Assembly: GCA_025449535.1 (NCBI GenBank)
Contig: JANWJF010000001.1
Location: forward strand, 4,279-68,278
Length of the DNA: 64,000 nt
Direction of reading: 5' to 3'
Origin: Candidatus Saccharimonadia bacterium
GTDB lineage: Bacteria > Patescibacteriota > SICC01
Within the stretch, counting starts at the first letter, position 1. Every line of letters starts with the position of its first letter. Positions 1-9,822 of the stretch are shown piece after piece. The notes under the pieces were generated by a model, which had not been told where the DNA came from, did not search any database, and saw nothing but the letters and a program-made list of their open reading frames with translations. Made by a program: the position numbers and the translations under genes.

Positions 1-1307
1 TGACCGACCGCCACGAACTGGCGGCCCTGCACGGTCGGGTGGCCGTCGGCATCCTGTTGCTACAGGATATCGTGGCGATGGCCCTGCTGATGATCATCGC
101 CGCCTCCGACCGGGAATCCCTGACCGTGCTTGGCGGAGGAGCATTCCTCCTGAAGGGAGCGGCGTTCTTCATGGGAGTCTGGCTCCTGACTAAATACGTA
201 CTCCCGCGGCTGTTCTTCTACATCGCGAAGTCAACCGAATTGCTATTCCTGGCAAGCATTGCCTGGGCGTTCCTGTTCGCGATGGTCGCCGAAGCGATGG
301 GGTTCTCCAAGGAAATCGGGGCCTTCACGGCCGGACTTTCCTTGGCGACCTTGCCGTACAGCCTGGAGATCATCAGTCGAATTAGGCCGCTTAAGGACTT
401 TTTCCTGACCGTCTTCTTCGTCGTCCTGGGGCTGGCAGTGGCCCCGACCGTCATCCATGGCAATCTGGTGATCATCCTCGTGCTGACCGGGATCGTACTG
501 TTCGTGAAATCGTTTGTCATCAGTGCCACTATGGCCCGGCTGGGGTATCCGAAACGACCCGCGTATCTGACCGGAGCCGTACTGGGGCAGATGAGCGAAT
601 TCTCCCTGCTGGTGGTCCTGATTGGGGCATCCGCCGGCCAGATCCCGCAAGAGATCGTGGCGGTAACCTCCGCCGTCGTGGTGCTGACGGTAATCCTGAA
701 CACCTACTGGAACGATTTGAACCGGTTCATCTACCCGTTACTCGTCAAGCCACTGAAGTTCATCGGCGGTCAGGTCCGGGCCAAGGAGCTCCGCTATCGT
801 CCGGGACGCAAGGGGAACCACGTCCTGATGTTCGGCGCCAACCGGACCGGGTACCACATCCTGAAGACCTTCGAGAAGTATAAGGACGACGTAGTCGTAG
901 TCGACCACAACCCGGAAGTCATCCGGCGATTGCTCCATCGGGGCATCCCGAGCGTGTACGGCGACATCGACGACTATGAACTGCTGCAGGAGGTCGGGTT
1001 GCCTGAGGCCCGGATGGTGGTTTCCACGGTTCCGAACGTCTCCGCGAACCTCTACTTGATTCGGCATACCCGGGCGCATAACCCCCAGGCGTTGATTATC
1101 CTCACCGCCGAGCAAGTCAAGGACGCGCTGGCACTCTACTCGGCTGGGGCGGACTACGTGATCGTCCCGCACATCCTGGGAGGAGAGCAGGCCGCTCAGA
1201 TGCTCGAAGGCATCGAGGCGCACCTTACGGATCCGAAATCGCTTCGGAAGCGCCGGGAGGCGCATGTCGAGACCCTCAAGAAGCACCGTCATGAGATCGT
1301 GACCTGA
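1..1307 (+). CDS. Kef-type (CPA2) cation:proton antiporter with C-terminal TrkA-N/RCK domain; 5' end cut by window edge
   Basis: Frame is open from nt 3 with no upstream stop. Hydrophobic polytopic N-part followed by an RCK-like segment 'VLMFGANRTGYHILKTF..VVVVDHNPEVIRRL..YGDIDDYELLQEVGL'. Confidence 0.6.
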   Translation, partial: TDRHELAALHGRVAVGILLLQDIVAMALLMIIAASDRESLTVLGGGAFLLKGAAFFMGVWLLTKYVLPRLFFYIAKSTELLFLASIAWAFLFAMVAEAMGFSKEIGAFTAGLSLATLPYSLEIISRIRPLKDFFLTVFFVVLGLAVAPTVIHGNLVIILVLTGIVLFVKSFVISATMARLGYPKRPAYLTGAVLGQMSEFSLLVVLIGASAGQIPQEIVAVTSAVVVLTVILNTYWNDLNRFIYPLLVKPLKFIGGQVRAKELRYRPGRKGNHVLMFGANRTGYHILKTFEKYKDDVVVVDHNPEVIRRLLHRGIPSVYGDIDDYELLQEVGLPEARMVVSTVPNVSANLYLIRHTRAHNPQALIILTAEQVKDALALYSAGADYVIVPHILGGEQAAQMLEGIEAHLTDPKSLRKRREAHVETLKKHRHEIVT

Positions 1308-1404
1308 ATACTCGTGGCCTCACCCCCGGCCTGTGCTACACTAAGTCTCGTCGATTAATAGCAATCGTTAACCCCACAGGCTCCCGCCGGAGCCCGACTA
1401 TCGT

Positions 1405-2754
1405 ATGGCTACGCAACCCACCACCAAGACCGCGACGAAGAAAGTCGCACCCAAGAAAGCTTCCGCCAAGACCGGCGAGTTTGCCAAGCTGCTCGACTCC
1501 GCCGCGCCGATCAAGCTCGCCCCGGGCGAGGTGGTCGAGGCGAACGTGGTCACTAAGAGCAAGAGCGAACTCTGGGTGGACATTAAGGGCCTGGCCACGG
1601 GCTATGTCCCATCCCGGGAGATCGGCGACCAGCGGACGCTGGCGGGGCTCGAGGTCGGCGACGTCGTGCACGGTTCGGTGGTGGCTTCGGAGAACGACGA
1701 CGGCTACGTCATCCTCTCGATCCGTCGGGCGATGCGGGATCGCAGTTGGAAGGACCTGGAGGCCCGGTTCGACGCCAAGGAGGTCTTCGATGCCACGGTC
1801 ATCGACGCCAACACCGGCGGGCTACTGTTGGAGGTGGACGGCATCCGCGGCTTCATGCCGGTCTCGCAGCTGGCTCCGGAGAACTACCCACGGGTATCCG
1901 GCGGCGACCGTGACCTGATCCTGGAGAAGCTCAAGCAGTTCATCGGCAAGCCGATCAACGTGCAGATCCTGGACATGGACAAGACCGAGAACAAGCTGAT
2001 CCTGTCCGAGAAGCTGGCCCGGACGCACGAGACCGTCGAGTCACTCTCCAAGTTCTCGGTCGGCGATGCCGTGAAGGGGAAGATCACCGGCGTGGTGGAC
2101 TTCGGGGCGTTCGTCAGCTTCGACGACGGGCTCGAGGGACTGATCCACATCTCCGAGATCGACTGGAACCGCGTGGACGACCCGCGCGAACACCTCAAGG
2201 TGGGTCAGGAGATCGATGCGAAGATCGTCGGGATCGAGGGCGCGAAGGTCTCGCTCTCCCTCAAGCAGCTCAAGGAGGACCCCTGGATGAAGGCCGCCGC
2301 CAAGTACAAGCCCGGCCAGAAGGTGACGGGCACCGTCGCCCGAGTGACCCCGTTCGGGGCATTCGTGGACCTTTCCGACGAGATCGTCGGGCTGGCGCAC
2401 GTGTCCGAGCTGTCCGAGGAGCATGTGGAGAATCCCAGCGACGTGGTGTCGGTCGGCGGCAAGCAGGAGTTCCTGGTCCTGGCGGTCGACCCGGAAGCGC
2501 ACCGCATCGCCTTATCGATCAAGGGCCTGAAGGACCCGGACGCCGCGGTGAAACGCGCCGCCAGTGCCAGTACGACCAAGCCGTCCACTGCCGCCAAGGA
2601 CCTTTCCGCGCTGCCGGAAGGCATCCTGGCCAAGCTTTCCGACGCCGGTTTCGGCGACTTGGCCAAGCTCAAGGCTGCCACGCTCGAGGAGCTCGAGGCG
2701 CTGCCGGGTATCGGCAGGGTCAGCGCGAAGAAGATCAAGGACACTACCGGCTGA
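1405..2754 (+). CDS. rpsA: 30S ribosomal protein S1-like, four S1 domains plus a C-terminal helix-hairpin-helix tail
   Basis: Repeated S1 folds (e.g. 'GEVVEANVV..', 'GDVVHGSV', 'GDAVKGKITGVVDFGAFV', 'GQKVTGTVARVTPFGAFV'). C-terminus 'LEELEALPGIGRVSAKKIKD' is HhH-like. Sits upstream of infB. Confidence 0.8.
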   Translation: MATQPTTKTATKKVAPKKASAKTGEFAKLLDSAAPIKLAPGEVVEANVVTKSKSELWVDIKGLATGYVPSREIGDQRTLAGLEVGDVVHGSVVASENDDGYVILSIRRAMRDRSWKDLEARFDAKEVFDATVIDANTGGLLLEVDGIRGFMPVSQLAPENYPRVSGGDRDLILEKLKQFIGKPINVQILDMDKTENKLILSEKLARTHETVESLSKFSVGDAVKGKITGVVDFGAFVSFDDGLEGLIHISEIDWNRVDDPREHLKVGQEIDAKIVGIEGAKVSLSLKQLKEDPWMKAAAKYKPGQKVTGTVARVTPFGAFVDLSDEIVGLAHVSELSEEHVENPSDVVSVGGKQEFLVLAVDPEAHRIALSIKGLKDPDAAVKRAASASTTKPSTAAKDLSALPEGILAKLSDAGFGDLAKLKAATLEELEALPGIGRVSAKKIKDTTG

Positions 2755-2829
2755 ACTAAAGTCTCTTAACCGAGCCGGTTCCGCAGGGACGGGTGGTTTA
2801 CCCGTGCCCGGGACGATATCCTGTAAGGT

Positions 2830-4608
2830 ATGGCTCAAACCCCACAGCCTGAGGCTTCCAGTAGCGTCGTGAAACTTCCGGGCGTACTTTCCGTGAAGGA
2901 GCTGGCCGTCGCCCTCGACCGTCCCGTGCCGGCCGTGATCGGCGAGCTCATGAAGAACGGGGTGATGGCGACGATCAACGAGGATATCGACTACGAGACC
3001 GCATCGATCATCGCCAGCGACCTCGGCATCGAGACGGAACGACTCGAGGAACCGGAAGCCGACGATCCCGCGGCCCGCAAGCCCACCGAGGGCAAGCCCC
3101 GTCCGCCGATCGTGACGGTGCTCGGCCACGTCGACCATGGCAAGACATCGCTCCTGGACGCGATCCGACAGACCGACGTGGCGGCCGGCGAGTCCGGCGG
3201 CATTACCCAGCACATTGGCGCCTACCAGGTCGAGGCGGCCGGCAAGGACGGGAAGCCGCGCAAGATCACTTTCCTAGACACGCCCGGACACGAGGCGTTC
3301 ACCGCGATGCGGGCGCACGGTACCAAGATGACGGACGTGGCCATCCTGGTGGTGGCGGCCGACGACGGCGTGAAGCCGCAGACCAAGGAGGCGGTCGAGC
3401 ACATCAAGGCCGCGGAGGTGCCGTTCGTGGTGGCGGTCACTAAGATGGACGCGCCGGGAGCCGACGTGAACAAGGCCAAGCAGGGTCTGAACGAACTGGG
3501 CGTGGTCGCCGAGGACTGGGGCGGGGACGCCGTCTTCGTCGAGACTTCCAGCAAGACCAAGCAAGGCATCCCGGAACTCCTGGAGATGGTCCTGCTGGTC
3601 TCGGACATCGCCAAGCCCGTCGGCGATCCGAACGGTGATCTGTCCGGGGTCGTGATCGAATCCCGGGTCTCACGGGCCAAGGGCGCGGTAGCCACCGTCC
3701 TGGTCCAGAACGGCACGATGCGGGTGGGGGACTACCTCGTACTCGAGGATGTGACCGCCCGGGTACGGTTAATGGAAGACTGGCATGGCAAACGGCTCAC
3801 CGAGGCCGGCCCTAGTACGCCGGCCCAGATCGCCGGCTTGTCCGCGGCCCCGAGCTTCGGCGCCGCGGTGACGGGAGCCGCCAGCGAGCAGGAAGCGAAG
3901 AAGCAGGCCGAGCAGAACAAGCGCCGCCGCCACGCTCGGCGAGTGGAGAAGCCGACCCTCACCGCCGAGGCGATCAAGCGGGCGGTGGACGCCGGCAAGG
4001 TCAAACAACTCCCTTTGGTCCTGGTGGCGGACGTGAAAGGTTCGCTCGAGGCGATCGAGGGCAGCTTGGCCAAGCTGCCGCAGGACGAGGTAGCGATCCG
4101 GATGGTCGATGCCGGTATCGGTTCGATCAGCGAATCGACCATCCGACAGGCCGAAAGTTCCGGGGCGATGGTGGTCAGCTTCAAGGCGCGGGTCGAGCCC
4201 GCCGCGAAGAAGCTGGCCCAGCAGATCGGGGTCCAGATCTCGACGTACGAGGTCATCTACGAACTGCTTGACGACCTCAAGGCGGCGTTGGAATCGCTCT
4301 TGCCGCCGGAGATCGTGGTCAACGAAGTCGGCACCGGCAAGGTCCTGGCGATCTTCCGCACCACCAAGACGAGCCAGATCATCGGCTGCAAGGTGGAGGA
4401 CGGGAAGTTCCTGTCGGACGTGGAGTACCGGATCGGAAAGGCGGAACAGACGGGCAAGGTGAAGACCCTGCGGCGGGTGGACGAGGAAGTCCAGGAAGTC
4501 GGCACCGGCACCGAGTGTGGCTTGACGATCGAGGGACCGCCGGCTGCGGAAGGCGACATGGTCACCTTGATCCGGAGGATCGAGAAGAAGCGCACGTTGG
4601 GAGGTTGA
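2830..4608 (+). CDS. infB: translation initiation factor IF-2 (short form, 592 aa, no long N-terminal extension)
   Basis: IF2_N-like start, G-domain '[12 protein letters not shown]', 'DTPGHEAF', 'TKMD'. Followed by rbfA. Confidence 0.9.
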   Translation: MAQTPQPEASSSVVKLPGVLSVKELAVALDRPVPAVIGELMKNGVMATINEDIDYETASIIASDLGIETERLEEPEADDPAARKPTEGKPRPPIVTVLGHVDHGKTSLLDAIRQTDVAAGESGGITQHIGAYQVEAAGKDGKPRKITFLDTPGHEAFTAMRAHGTKMTDVAILVVAADDGVKPQTKEAVEHIKAAEVPFVVAVTKMDAPGADVNKAKQGLNELGVVAEDWGGDAVFVETSSKTKQGIPELLEMVLLVSDIAKPVGDPNGDLSGVVIESRVSRAKGAVATVLVQNGTMRVGDYLVLEDVTARVRLMEDWHGKRLTEAGPSTPAQIAGLSAAPSFGAAVTGAASEQEAKKQAEQNKRRRHARRVEKPTLTAEAIKRAVDAGKVKQLPLVLVADVKGSLEAIEGSLAKLPQDEVAIRMVDAGIGSISESTIRQAESSGAMVVSFKARVEPAAKKLAQQIGVQISTYEVIYELLDDLKAALESLLPPEIVVNEVGTGKVLAIFRTTKTSQIIGCKVEDGKFLSDVEYRIGKAEQTGKVKTLRRVDEEVQEVGTGTECGLTIEGPPAAEGDMVTLIRRIEKKRTLGG

Positions 4609-4925
4609 TGAGTCTGCGGACGGACAAGGTGAACTCCCTGGTCGCGGCCGAGTTGAACGTCGCGCTGACCAAGGAGCTGGGCGGCCGGGATGAGTTCGCG
4701 ACGGTCCTTTCCGTCGAGACCAGTCCGGACCTGCGCAACGCGACTTGCTGGATCAGTACCATCCCCGACTCGGAGGTGGCCTGGGAAGCGGTGGAGGCCG
4801 TCCGTCCGGAGTTGCAGCGCCACCTTTCCGGCCGTCTGGAGCTCAAGCGTACGCCAGTGATCACGCTGCGCCGCGATCGCAGCGGGGCGTATGCCGGCAA
4901 GATCTCGGAGATCCTGAAGTCATGA
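4608..4925 (+). CDS. rbfA: ribosome-binding factor A
   Basis: ATG overlaps the infB stop (TGATG). '[20 protein letters not shown]..' is RbfA-like; about 105 aa. Conserved infB-rbfA order. Confidence 0.75.
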   Translation: MSLRTDKVNSLVAAELNVALTKELGGRDEFATVLSVETSPDLRNATCWISTIPDSEVAWEAVEAVRPELQRHLSGRLELKRTPVITLRRDRSGAYAGKISEILKS

Positions 4926-5896
4926 TCCCATCGCCGCGGCTTAAGGGGGCAATCAGCACCCTTGAGCGGGCGAAACGCCCGATATTGGTGACGCATCAAC
5001 GGCCGGACGGCGATGCCGTCGGTTCGGCCTTGGGGTTGGGCTTGCTACTCGAGATGCTCGGCGCGAAGGTCCAACTGGCCTGCGCGGACCCGGTTCCCGA
5101 ACGGTATCGGTACTTGCAAGGAAGTGACCGGTTCACGACGGAACCCGACTTCCGGGACGCCGATCTTCTGGTGATGCTCGACTGTCCGAAGGATGAGATG
5201 AGTGCCCTGGACATCGGGCAGGTACTCAAACGGATGCCCGTGGTCGACATCGACCATCATCCGAAGGCCGCGCCGCCGCGGGACCGCCGGCTCGCGATGT
5301 ACGACGCCTCCGACGTGGCGTCGACGGCGGAGATCGTGGTCATATTGGCCCGGGAAGCCGGTTGGCGGATAGGGCGTCCGGCCGCCACCGCGCTACTGAC
5401 GGGTATCGTGACCGACACCTCGGCGTTCATCAACTCGACTACTACCGCGGACACGTACCGTGCTGCCAGCGTACTGCTGCGCCAGGGCGCGGACCTCAAG
5501 GCGATCATCCAGCACTGCTTTTACCACAGCTCGGTGCCGAAACTGCGCCTCTGGGGGCGGGCGATGTCCCGGATCGAACGGGTCCAAGCGTCCGGCGTGG
5601 TCTCGACCGTACTGACCGCGGAGGATCTCGAGGAATGCGGCGCGGAGCGCGAGGACATCGAGGGTCTGGTGAACTTCCTGAACACGATTCCCGGCGTCCC
5701 GGCGCTGATGCTACTGACCGACCTCGGCACCGGGGAAATCAAGGGAAGCTTCCGGACCCGGAACGAATCCATAGACGTGAACAAACTCGCGAACGTGTTA
5801 GGTGGAGGTGGGCACAGGCAGGCGGCGGGGTTCACCGTGCCGGGCCGTCTGACAAAGAATGCCAACGAGACCTGGTCGGTACTGCCGCCGGCTTAA
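4922..5896 (+). CDS. DHH/DHHA1 phosphoesterase (NrnA-like oligoribonuclease/pAp phosphatase)
   Basis: ATG overlaps the rbfA stop (ATGA). DHH motif 'HQRPDGDAVGS', DHHA1 'GGGHRQAAGF'. Internal start chosen inside the longer track ORF 4745..5896. Confidence 0.7.
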   Translation: MIPSPRLKGAISTLERAKRPILVTHQRPDGDAVGSALGLGLLLEMLGAKVQLACADPVPERYRYLQGSDRFTTEPDFRDADLLVMLDCPKDEMSALDIGQVLKRMPVVDIDHHPKAAPPRDRRLAMYDASDVASTAEIVVILAREAGWRIGRPAATALLTGIVTDTSAFINSTTTADTYRAASVLLRQGADLKAIIQHCFYHSSVPKLRLWGRAMSRIERVQASGVVSTVLTAEDLEECGAEREDIEGLVNFLNTIPGVPALMLLTDLGTGEIKGSFRTRNESIDVNKLANVLGGGGHRQAAGFTVPGRLTKNANETWSVLPPA

Positions 5897-6789
5897 GTAA
5901 ACCGTCCGGACACTCGACGTCCGCGGAACCAGTCGTCGCCGGGCATGGTCGGCTTACCGGCCGGCTTCAGGCGCTTGATACGCAGGGAGTCGCTGCCGGT
6001 CGTCGCACGAAGGGGCGGACCGTCGAACGTACCGGGGGGACCGTCCGGACCGGATCCGTCCGCGACCTCGAGTATCTCCATGCGCTTTCCGTCGACCTCG
6101 GTCCAGGCCCCCGGCCACGGCTGCATCGCGCGGATGAACCGTCCGAGATAAGCCGCGTCACGGTTCCAGTCGATACGACCGTCCGCTTTGGTGAGCGTGC
6201 CCGTCATCGTCGCGGCATCCTCGTCCTGCGGTCGTGGCTTGCTCAAGCCTGCGACGTAATCCGGCAGCACCTCGGCGAGAAGCCCGGCGCCTCGTTCGGC
6301 GACCTTTTCCGTCAGCGTGGCGGCAGTGTCCGTCTGTCCTATCGGCACTTCCACCTGGGCGACGACCGCCCCGGCATCCACCCGGTCGGAGACTTCCATG
6401 ATCGTCGCGCCGGTATCACCTGCGTCGTCGAGAATCGCCTGCTGGATCGGACTGGCCCCGCGGTAGCGCGGCAGGAGCGAGGAATGCACGTTGAGCCAAC
6501 GACCGTCCGCTAGTGCCAGCGCTGTCCGCGGGATGATGTGCCCGTAGGCGGCGACCACGCAGACATCCGGCTCGGCCTGCTTGACCAGGCCCGTGATCTC
6601 GTCCGGAGTGTCTGGGGTGACCGTCTTCCAGCCCTTCTGTTCTGCATACTCGGCGACCGGCAGTGACGTATCCCGGGAGTTTTGCGGCGGTTCCGTCTGA
6701 GTAACGACCAGTACGATCTCAGCGACCTCGCCGAGCCGTTTGAGCGTCGCCAGTCCGAGCGGGGGATTGCCCAGGAAGATCGCCCGCAT
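5893..6789 (-). CDS. fmt: methionyl-tRNA formyltransferase
   Basis: 'MRAIFLGNP..' Fmt N-terminus, 'HSSLLPRYRGASPIQ' motif. Start placed at the internal Met whose ATG overlaps the def stop (TGATG). The track ORF extends upstream in frame as a GC artefact. Confidence 0.8.
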   Translation of the reverse strand: MRAIFLGNPPLGLATLKRLGEVAEIVLVVTQTEPPQNSRDTSLPVAEYAEQKGWKTVTPDTPDEITGLVKQAEPDVCVVAAYGHIIPRTALALADGRWLNVHSSLLPRYRGASPIQQAILDDAGDTGATIMEVSDRVDAGAVVAQVEVPIGQTDTAATLTEKVAERGAGLLAEVLPDYVAGLSKPRPQDEDAATMTGTLTKADGRIDWNRDAAYLGRFIRAMQPWPGAWTEVDGKRMEILEVADGSGPDGPPGTFDGPPLRATTGSDSLRIKRLKPAGKPTMPGDDWFRGRRVSGRFT

Positions 6790-7310
6790 CACATCTCCTC
6801 GTCGTGCAACTTCTTTTTCTCGAACCGACTGTCCCATTCCTCTTCGGTTAGCGTGCGGACCTTGGAAACGTCCGCCATTCGGTCTGGAAAGAGGATCCCG
6901 TCGAGGTGGTCGATCTCGTGCTGAAGGACCCGGCCGTATAGTTGGTCGGCCGTGACCTCGAAACGCTTGCCGTCGAGGCCGGTCGCCCGGACCGTGACCT
7001 CCTTGGGCCGTTCGACCTCTCCGTTCAACCGGGGCAGGCTCAGGCAGCCTTCTTCCCACCAAATCAGTTCCTTGGACGCACGGATTATCTCCGGGTTGAT
7101 GAATACCCGCTGCTCGCCGGTGCCAGTCACAAACAAACGGACGCTCCGGCCGACCTGGGGTGCGGCCAGGCCGACCCCACCCTCGGCCTTCATGGTGACC
7201 AGCAGGTCCTCCGCCAGGTCCCGTACCTGGGCCGGATCGGCGACCTTGGCGGCGGCCTTGCGCAGCGTAGGATGGTCGGCGGAGATCAATGGCAAACGGT
7301 TTCCTTGCAT
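6789..7310 (-). CDS. def: peptide deformylase
   Basis: 'GVGLAAPQVG', 'EGCLSLP', 'HEIDHLDG' PDF motifs. def-fmt operon. Confidence 0.85.
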   Translation of the reverse strand: MQGNRLPLISADHPTLRKAAAKVADPAQVRDLAEDLLVTMKAEGGVGLAAPQVGRSVRLFVTGTGEQRVFINPEIIRASKELIWWEEGCLSLPRLNGEVERPKEVTVRATGLDGKRFEVTADQLYGRVLQHEIDHLDGILFPDRMADVSKVRTLTEEEWDSRFEKKKLHDEEM

Positions 7311-7325
7311 ACGGTCCCAGTGTAC

Positions 7326-8702
7326 TCAGTACTCGACGCTGATGCGCCGTTCGGGGGCGACCAGGGTACGCAGTGCCCTCGGGTCTCCCTTGATCAAGAC
7401 GGTGAGTACGTCGCCGTCCTCTGCAAAGCGAACGGCGCGCCCGCCAATGCAGGCTCCGTCGAGGACCCGTTCGACCCGAGGGCGGTCCTTGCAGGTCGTG
7501 ACGACCCGGACCAAGGGGTTAGCCGGAGGCAGTCCCAACACCTCGCGGTCACGGAACTCCTCTCGCAGGAATGTCTCGTATGATTTCCCGAGCGCGTCGA
7601 ACGCCGGATGGTCCCCGTACTTCGAGTAGACCAGGAACGTCCCGCCCGGCCTGGCGACCTCCCCGAGCTTCCGGAGCAACGCCACGGCCCGCTCCGTGAC
7701 GGCGTATCCCGGCCGGGCCAGTATTGCGTCGATACCAAGGGTAATCACGTGGTCGTAGCGTTTTTCAGCCAAAACGCTGGCCTGCCCGCCGACCGTAGCG
7801 GATGTACTGGAGTGCTTTAGGGTGTCCTTGACGGCCGCGACCTTGGCTTGGGTCGTGTGCACCAGCGTCGTACCGTCCAGGCCCTCCAGCTTCTCCAAGA
7901 AGCCGTATGGCACGGGATCCTCGAGCCGTTCGTAGCGGGGCGTGACGACGGTCGGTGTCGGTATCCCCGGCAGCGCAATGTCCGGTCGTCCGGCCAAATC
8001 CCAGGCGCGCAGACTGGGGGCGGGCGAGGCGAGCGTCAGTTTCGCGCCGAGCGATTCCGCCAGGAGCCGGGCGGCCTCGCGCGCATGGAAACGCGGGGTC
8101 CGGTCGTTCTGGTGCCCTAGCTCATCCTCATGCAGGACGATGATCCGCTCGAGCCGCTTCCAGGGCAGGAATAATGCGGATCGGGTACCAAAGACCGGCC
8201 CCACGGAGCCGTTCCGGACCTCTTGCCAGGTTTCGCGGCGTTTCGGGATCGGCATTGTCGCCGAGAAACAAAGGCCCGTTCCGGCGAACCGGCGCAGCAT
8301 GACCCGCTCGGGAACCAGCGTCAGCATGCGCGGTCGCCCCAGGTCCTCATCCGAAACCTCGGTACGGGCCTCGATGTCCGGACGGTGGTCGCTCCGGTTG
8401 TCGTCCGGAAGGTCGCCGCGCCACTTGGGCAGTAACAGCGCGAACGTCTGGCCGAGCGGGCTCAGGTACGCCTCGGCCAATGCGCGTCCGAAGCCGAGCT
8501 GCCAGTCGGGCAGCCGATCGCCGGTCCCTTCGGCTTCTTTGGCACGGGAATCAACCTCGGCGGGGCCAATCACGACGCCCTCACTCCGTCTGCCAGCGTA
8601 CGGAATCGACACGATCGACCCCGCGGCGAGTTCCGCATCGGTCCGATAAGTGTACGTATCCTGGCGCGATACGGCCAGCGGTGCCACGGCGATATGACGC
8701 AT
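7326..8702 (-). CDS. PriA-like primosomal protein N' homolog lacking a recognisable Walker A; possibly non-catalytic
   Basis: N-terminus 'MRHIAVAPL..TYTY..IVSIPYAGRRSEGVVIG' resembles the PriA 3'-DNA-binding domain. 'MLTLVPE', 'GPVFGTRSALFLP' and 'IIVLHEDE' resemble PriA helicase-core motifs, but there is no GxGKT and no Cys-rich zinc module. Start chosen at an internal Met. Confidence 0.5.
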   Translation of the reverse strand: MRHIAVAPLAVSRQDTYTYRTDAELAAGSIVSIPYAGRRSEGVVIGPAEVDSRAKEAEGTGDRLPDWQLGFGRALAEAYLSPLGQTFALLLPKWRGDLPDDNRSDHRPDIEARTEVSDEDLGRPRMLTLVPERVMLRRFAGTGLCFSATMPIPKRRETWQEVRNGSVGPVFGTRSALFLPWKRLERIIVLHEDELGHQNDRTPRFHAREAARLLAESLGAKLTLASPAPSLRAWDLAGRPDIALPGIPTPTVVTPRYERLEDPVPYGFLEKLEGLDGTTLVHTTQAKVAAVKDTLKHSSTSATVGGQASVLAEKRYDHVITLGIDAILARPGYAVTERAVALLRKLGEVARPGGTFLVYSKYGDHPAFDALGKSYETFLREEFRDREVLGLPPANPLVRVVTTCKDRPRVERVLDGACIGGRAVRFAEDGDVLTVLIKGDPRALRTLVAPERRISVEY

Positions 8703-8763
8703 ACTTTCCAGCTTATAGGTATAGGCCCCCGCCAGCAGCCGGCAGTTATGGAATAATGGTCCG

Positions 8764-9822
8764 GTGAGCGTCCATGCGATCATCTTGTGCGGCGGTTCCG
8801 GGTCCCGGCTTTGGCCGCGCTCCCGGAGTAAGCATCCCAAGCACCTGCTCGAGCTGAACGGCGGCGTAACCCTTGTCCAGCAGACGGTAAAGCGCCTGCG
8901 CCTGCCTGCGGAACGGGTTTACTGCGTCACCGAGGCCTCGCACGACGCGCTGCTCCGGAAGCAGCTGCCGGACGTCCCCAAGGAGAACATCGTCGTCGAG
9001 CCGGACCGCAAGGGTACGGCCGGAGCGATCGCGCTCGGGTTGTCCCGCCTGTCCGGCAGCCTGGCTGATGACGATGTCGTGCTCTCGCTGCACTCCGACC
9101 ATCTGATCCAGAACGAAGCGGAGTTCCGGCGGACCGTGAAGGCCTGGACCAAGGCCGCGGAAACCCATCCGCGGATCGTCGCGCTCGGCATCAAGCCGAC
9201 GTACCCGTCCACCGGCTTCGGGTACATCGAGAGCGGCAAGAAGCTGGGCAGTGCCGAGGGCTTCCCTGTCTCGGAGATCGCGCAGTTCGTAGAAAAACCC
9301 AACGAAGCGACGGCCCAACGATACCTCGACAGCGGGAAGTACGTCTGGAACGCGGGGATGTTCGCCGCCCGGTTCGGCGTGTTCCGCGAGGAATACGAAC
9401 GGTATCTGCCCGAACATGCCTCCTTCGTCGAGCGAGCCGGAGGCCAATCTGCCAAGAAGCGGAACGCCTCGTACATGGCGCTGCAGGATGAGACCATCGA
9501 CTACGGTATCCTAGAGAAGTCCGAACGGTTGGCGGTCGTGCCGGCTTCGTTCGACTGGGCGGACGTCGGGTCCTGGGCGGATCTCCACGACGTGCTTGAG
9601 CATGACGCCAACGATAACGTCTTCGAAGGCGAGTACGTGGATATCGATACCAAGAACTGCTTCGTCTACTCACCGGACCAGCTCGTGGCGACGATTGGGC
9701 TCCAGGACCTTGTTATCATCAATACGAAGGACGCCGTGTTGATCTGTCCGAAGGACCGGGCCCAGGACGTCAAGAAGGTCGTGGAGAAGCTCAAGCAAAG
9801 CGGCCGCAAGAAATTCATCTGA
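8764..9822 (+). CDS. mannose-1-phosphate guanylyltransferase (GDP-mannose pyrophosphorylase)
   Basis: GTG start. 'HAIILCGGSGSRLWPRSR' nucleotidyltransferase motif; C-terminal left-handed-helix region. Confidence 0.75.
   Translation: MSVHAIILCGGSGSRLWPRSRSKHPKHLLELNGGVTLVQQTVKRLRLPAERVYCVTEASHDALLRKQLPDVPKENIVVEPDRKGTAGAIALGLSRLSGSLADDDVVLSLHSDHLIQNEAEFRRTVKAWTKAAETHPRIVALGIKPTYPSTGFGYIESGKKLGSAEGFPVSEIAQFVEKPNEATAQRYLDSGKYVWNAGMFAARFGVFREEYERYLPEHASFVERAGGQSAKKRNASYMALQDETIDYGILEKSERLAVVPASFDWADVGSWADLHDVLEHDANDNVFEGEYVDIDTKNCFVYSPDQLVATIGLQDLVIINTKDAVLICPKDRAQDVKKVVEKLKQSGRKKFI

Noticed and set aside
1336-1352. Extended -10 promoter (TGcTACACT) upstream of rpsA
   Set aside because: Plausible, but there is no -35 box and it is unverifiable by eye, so it was not listed as a feature.
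5362-6513. 383-aa plus-strand ORF spanning the DHH end and fmt (and similar ORFs at 13055-13789, 13347-14153, 25175-26416, 31977-32834, 33100-34308)
   Set aside because: Alternative-frame or antisense ORFs with Arg/Pro/Gly-rich translations. They overlap confidently assigned genes.
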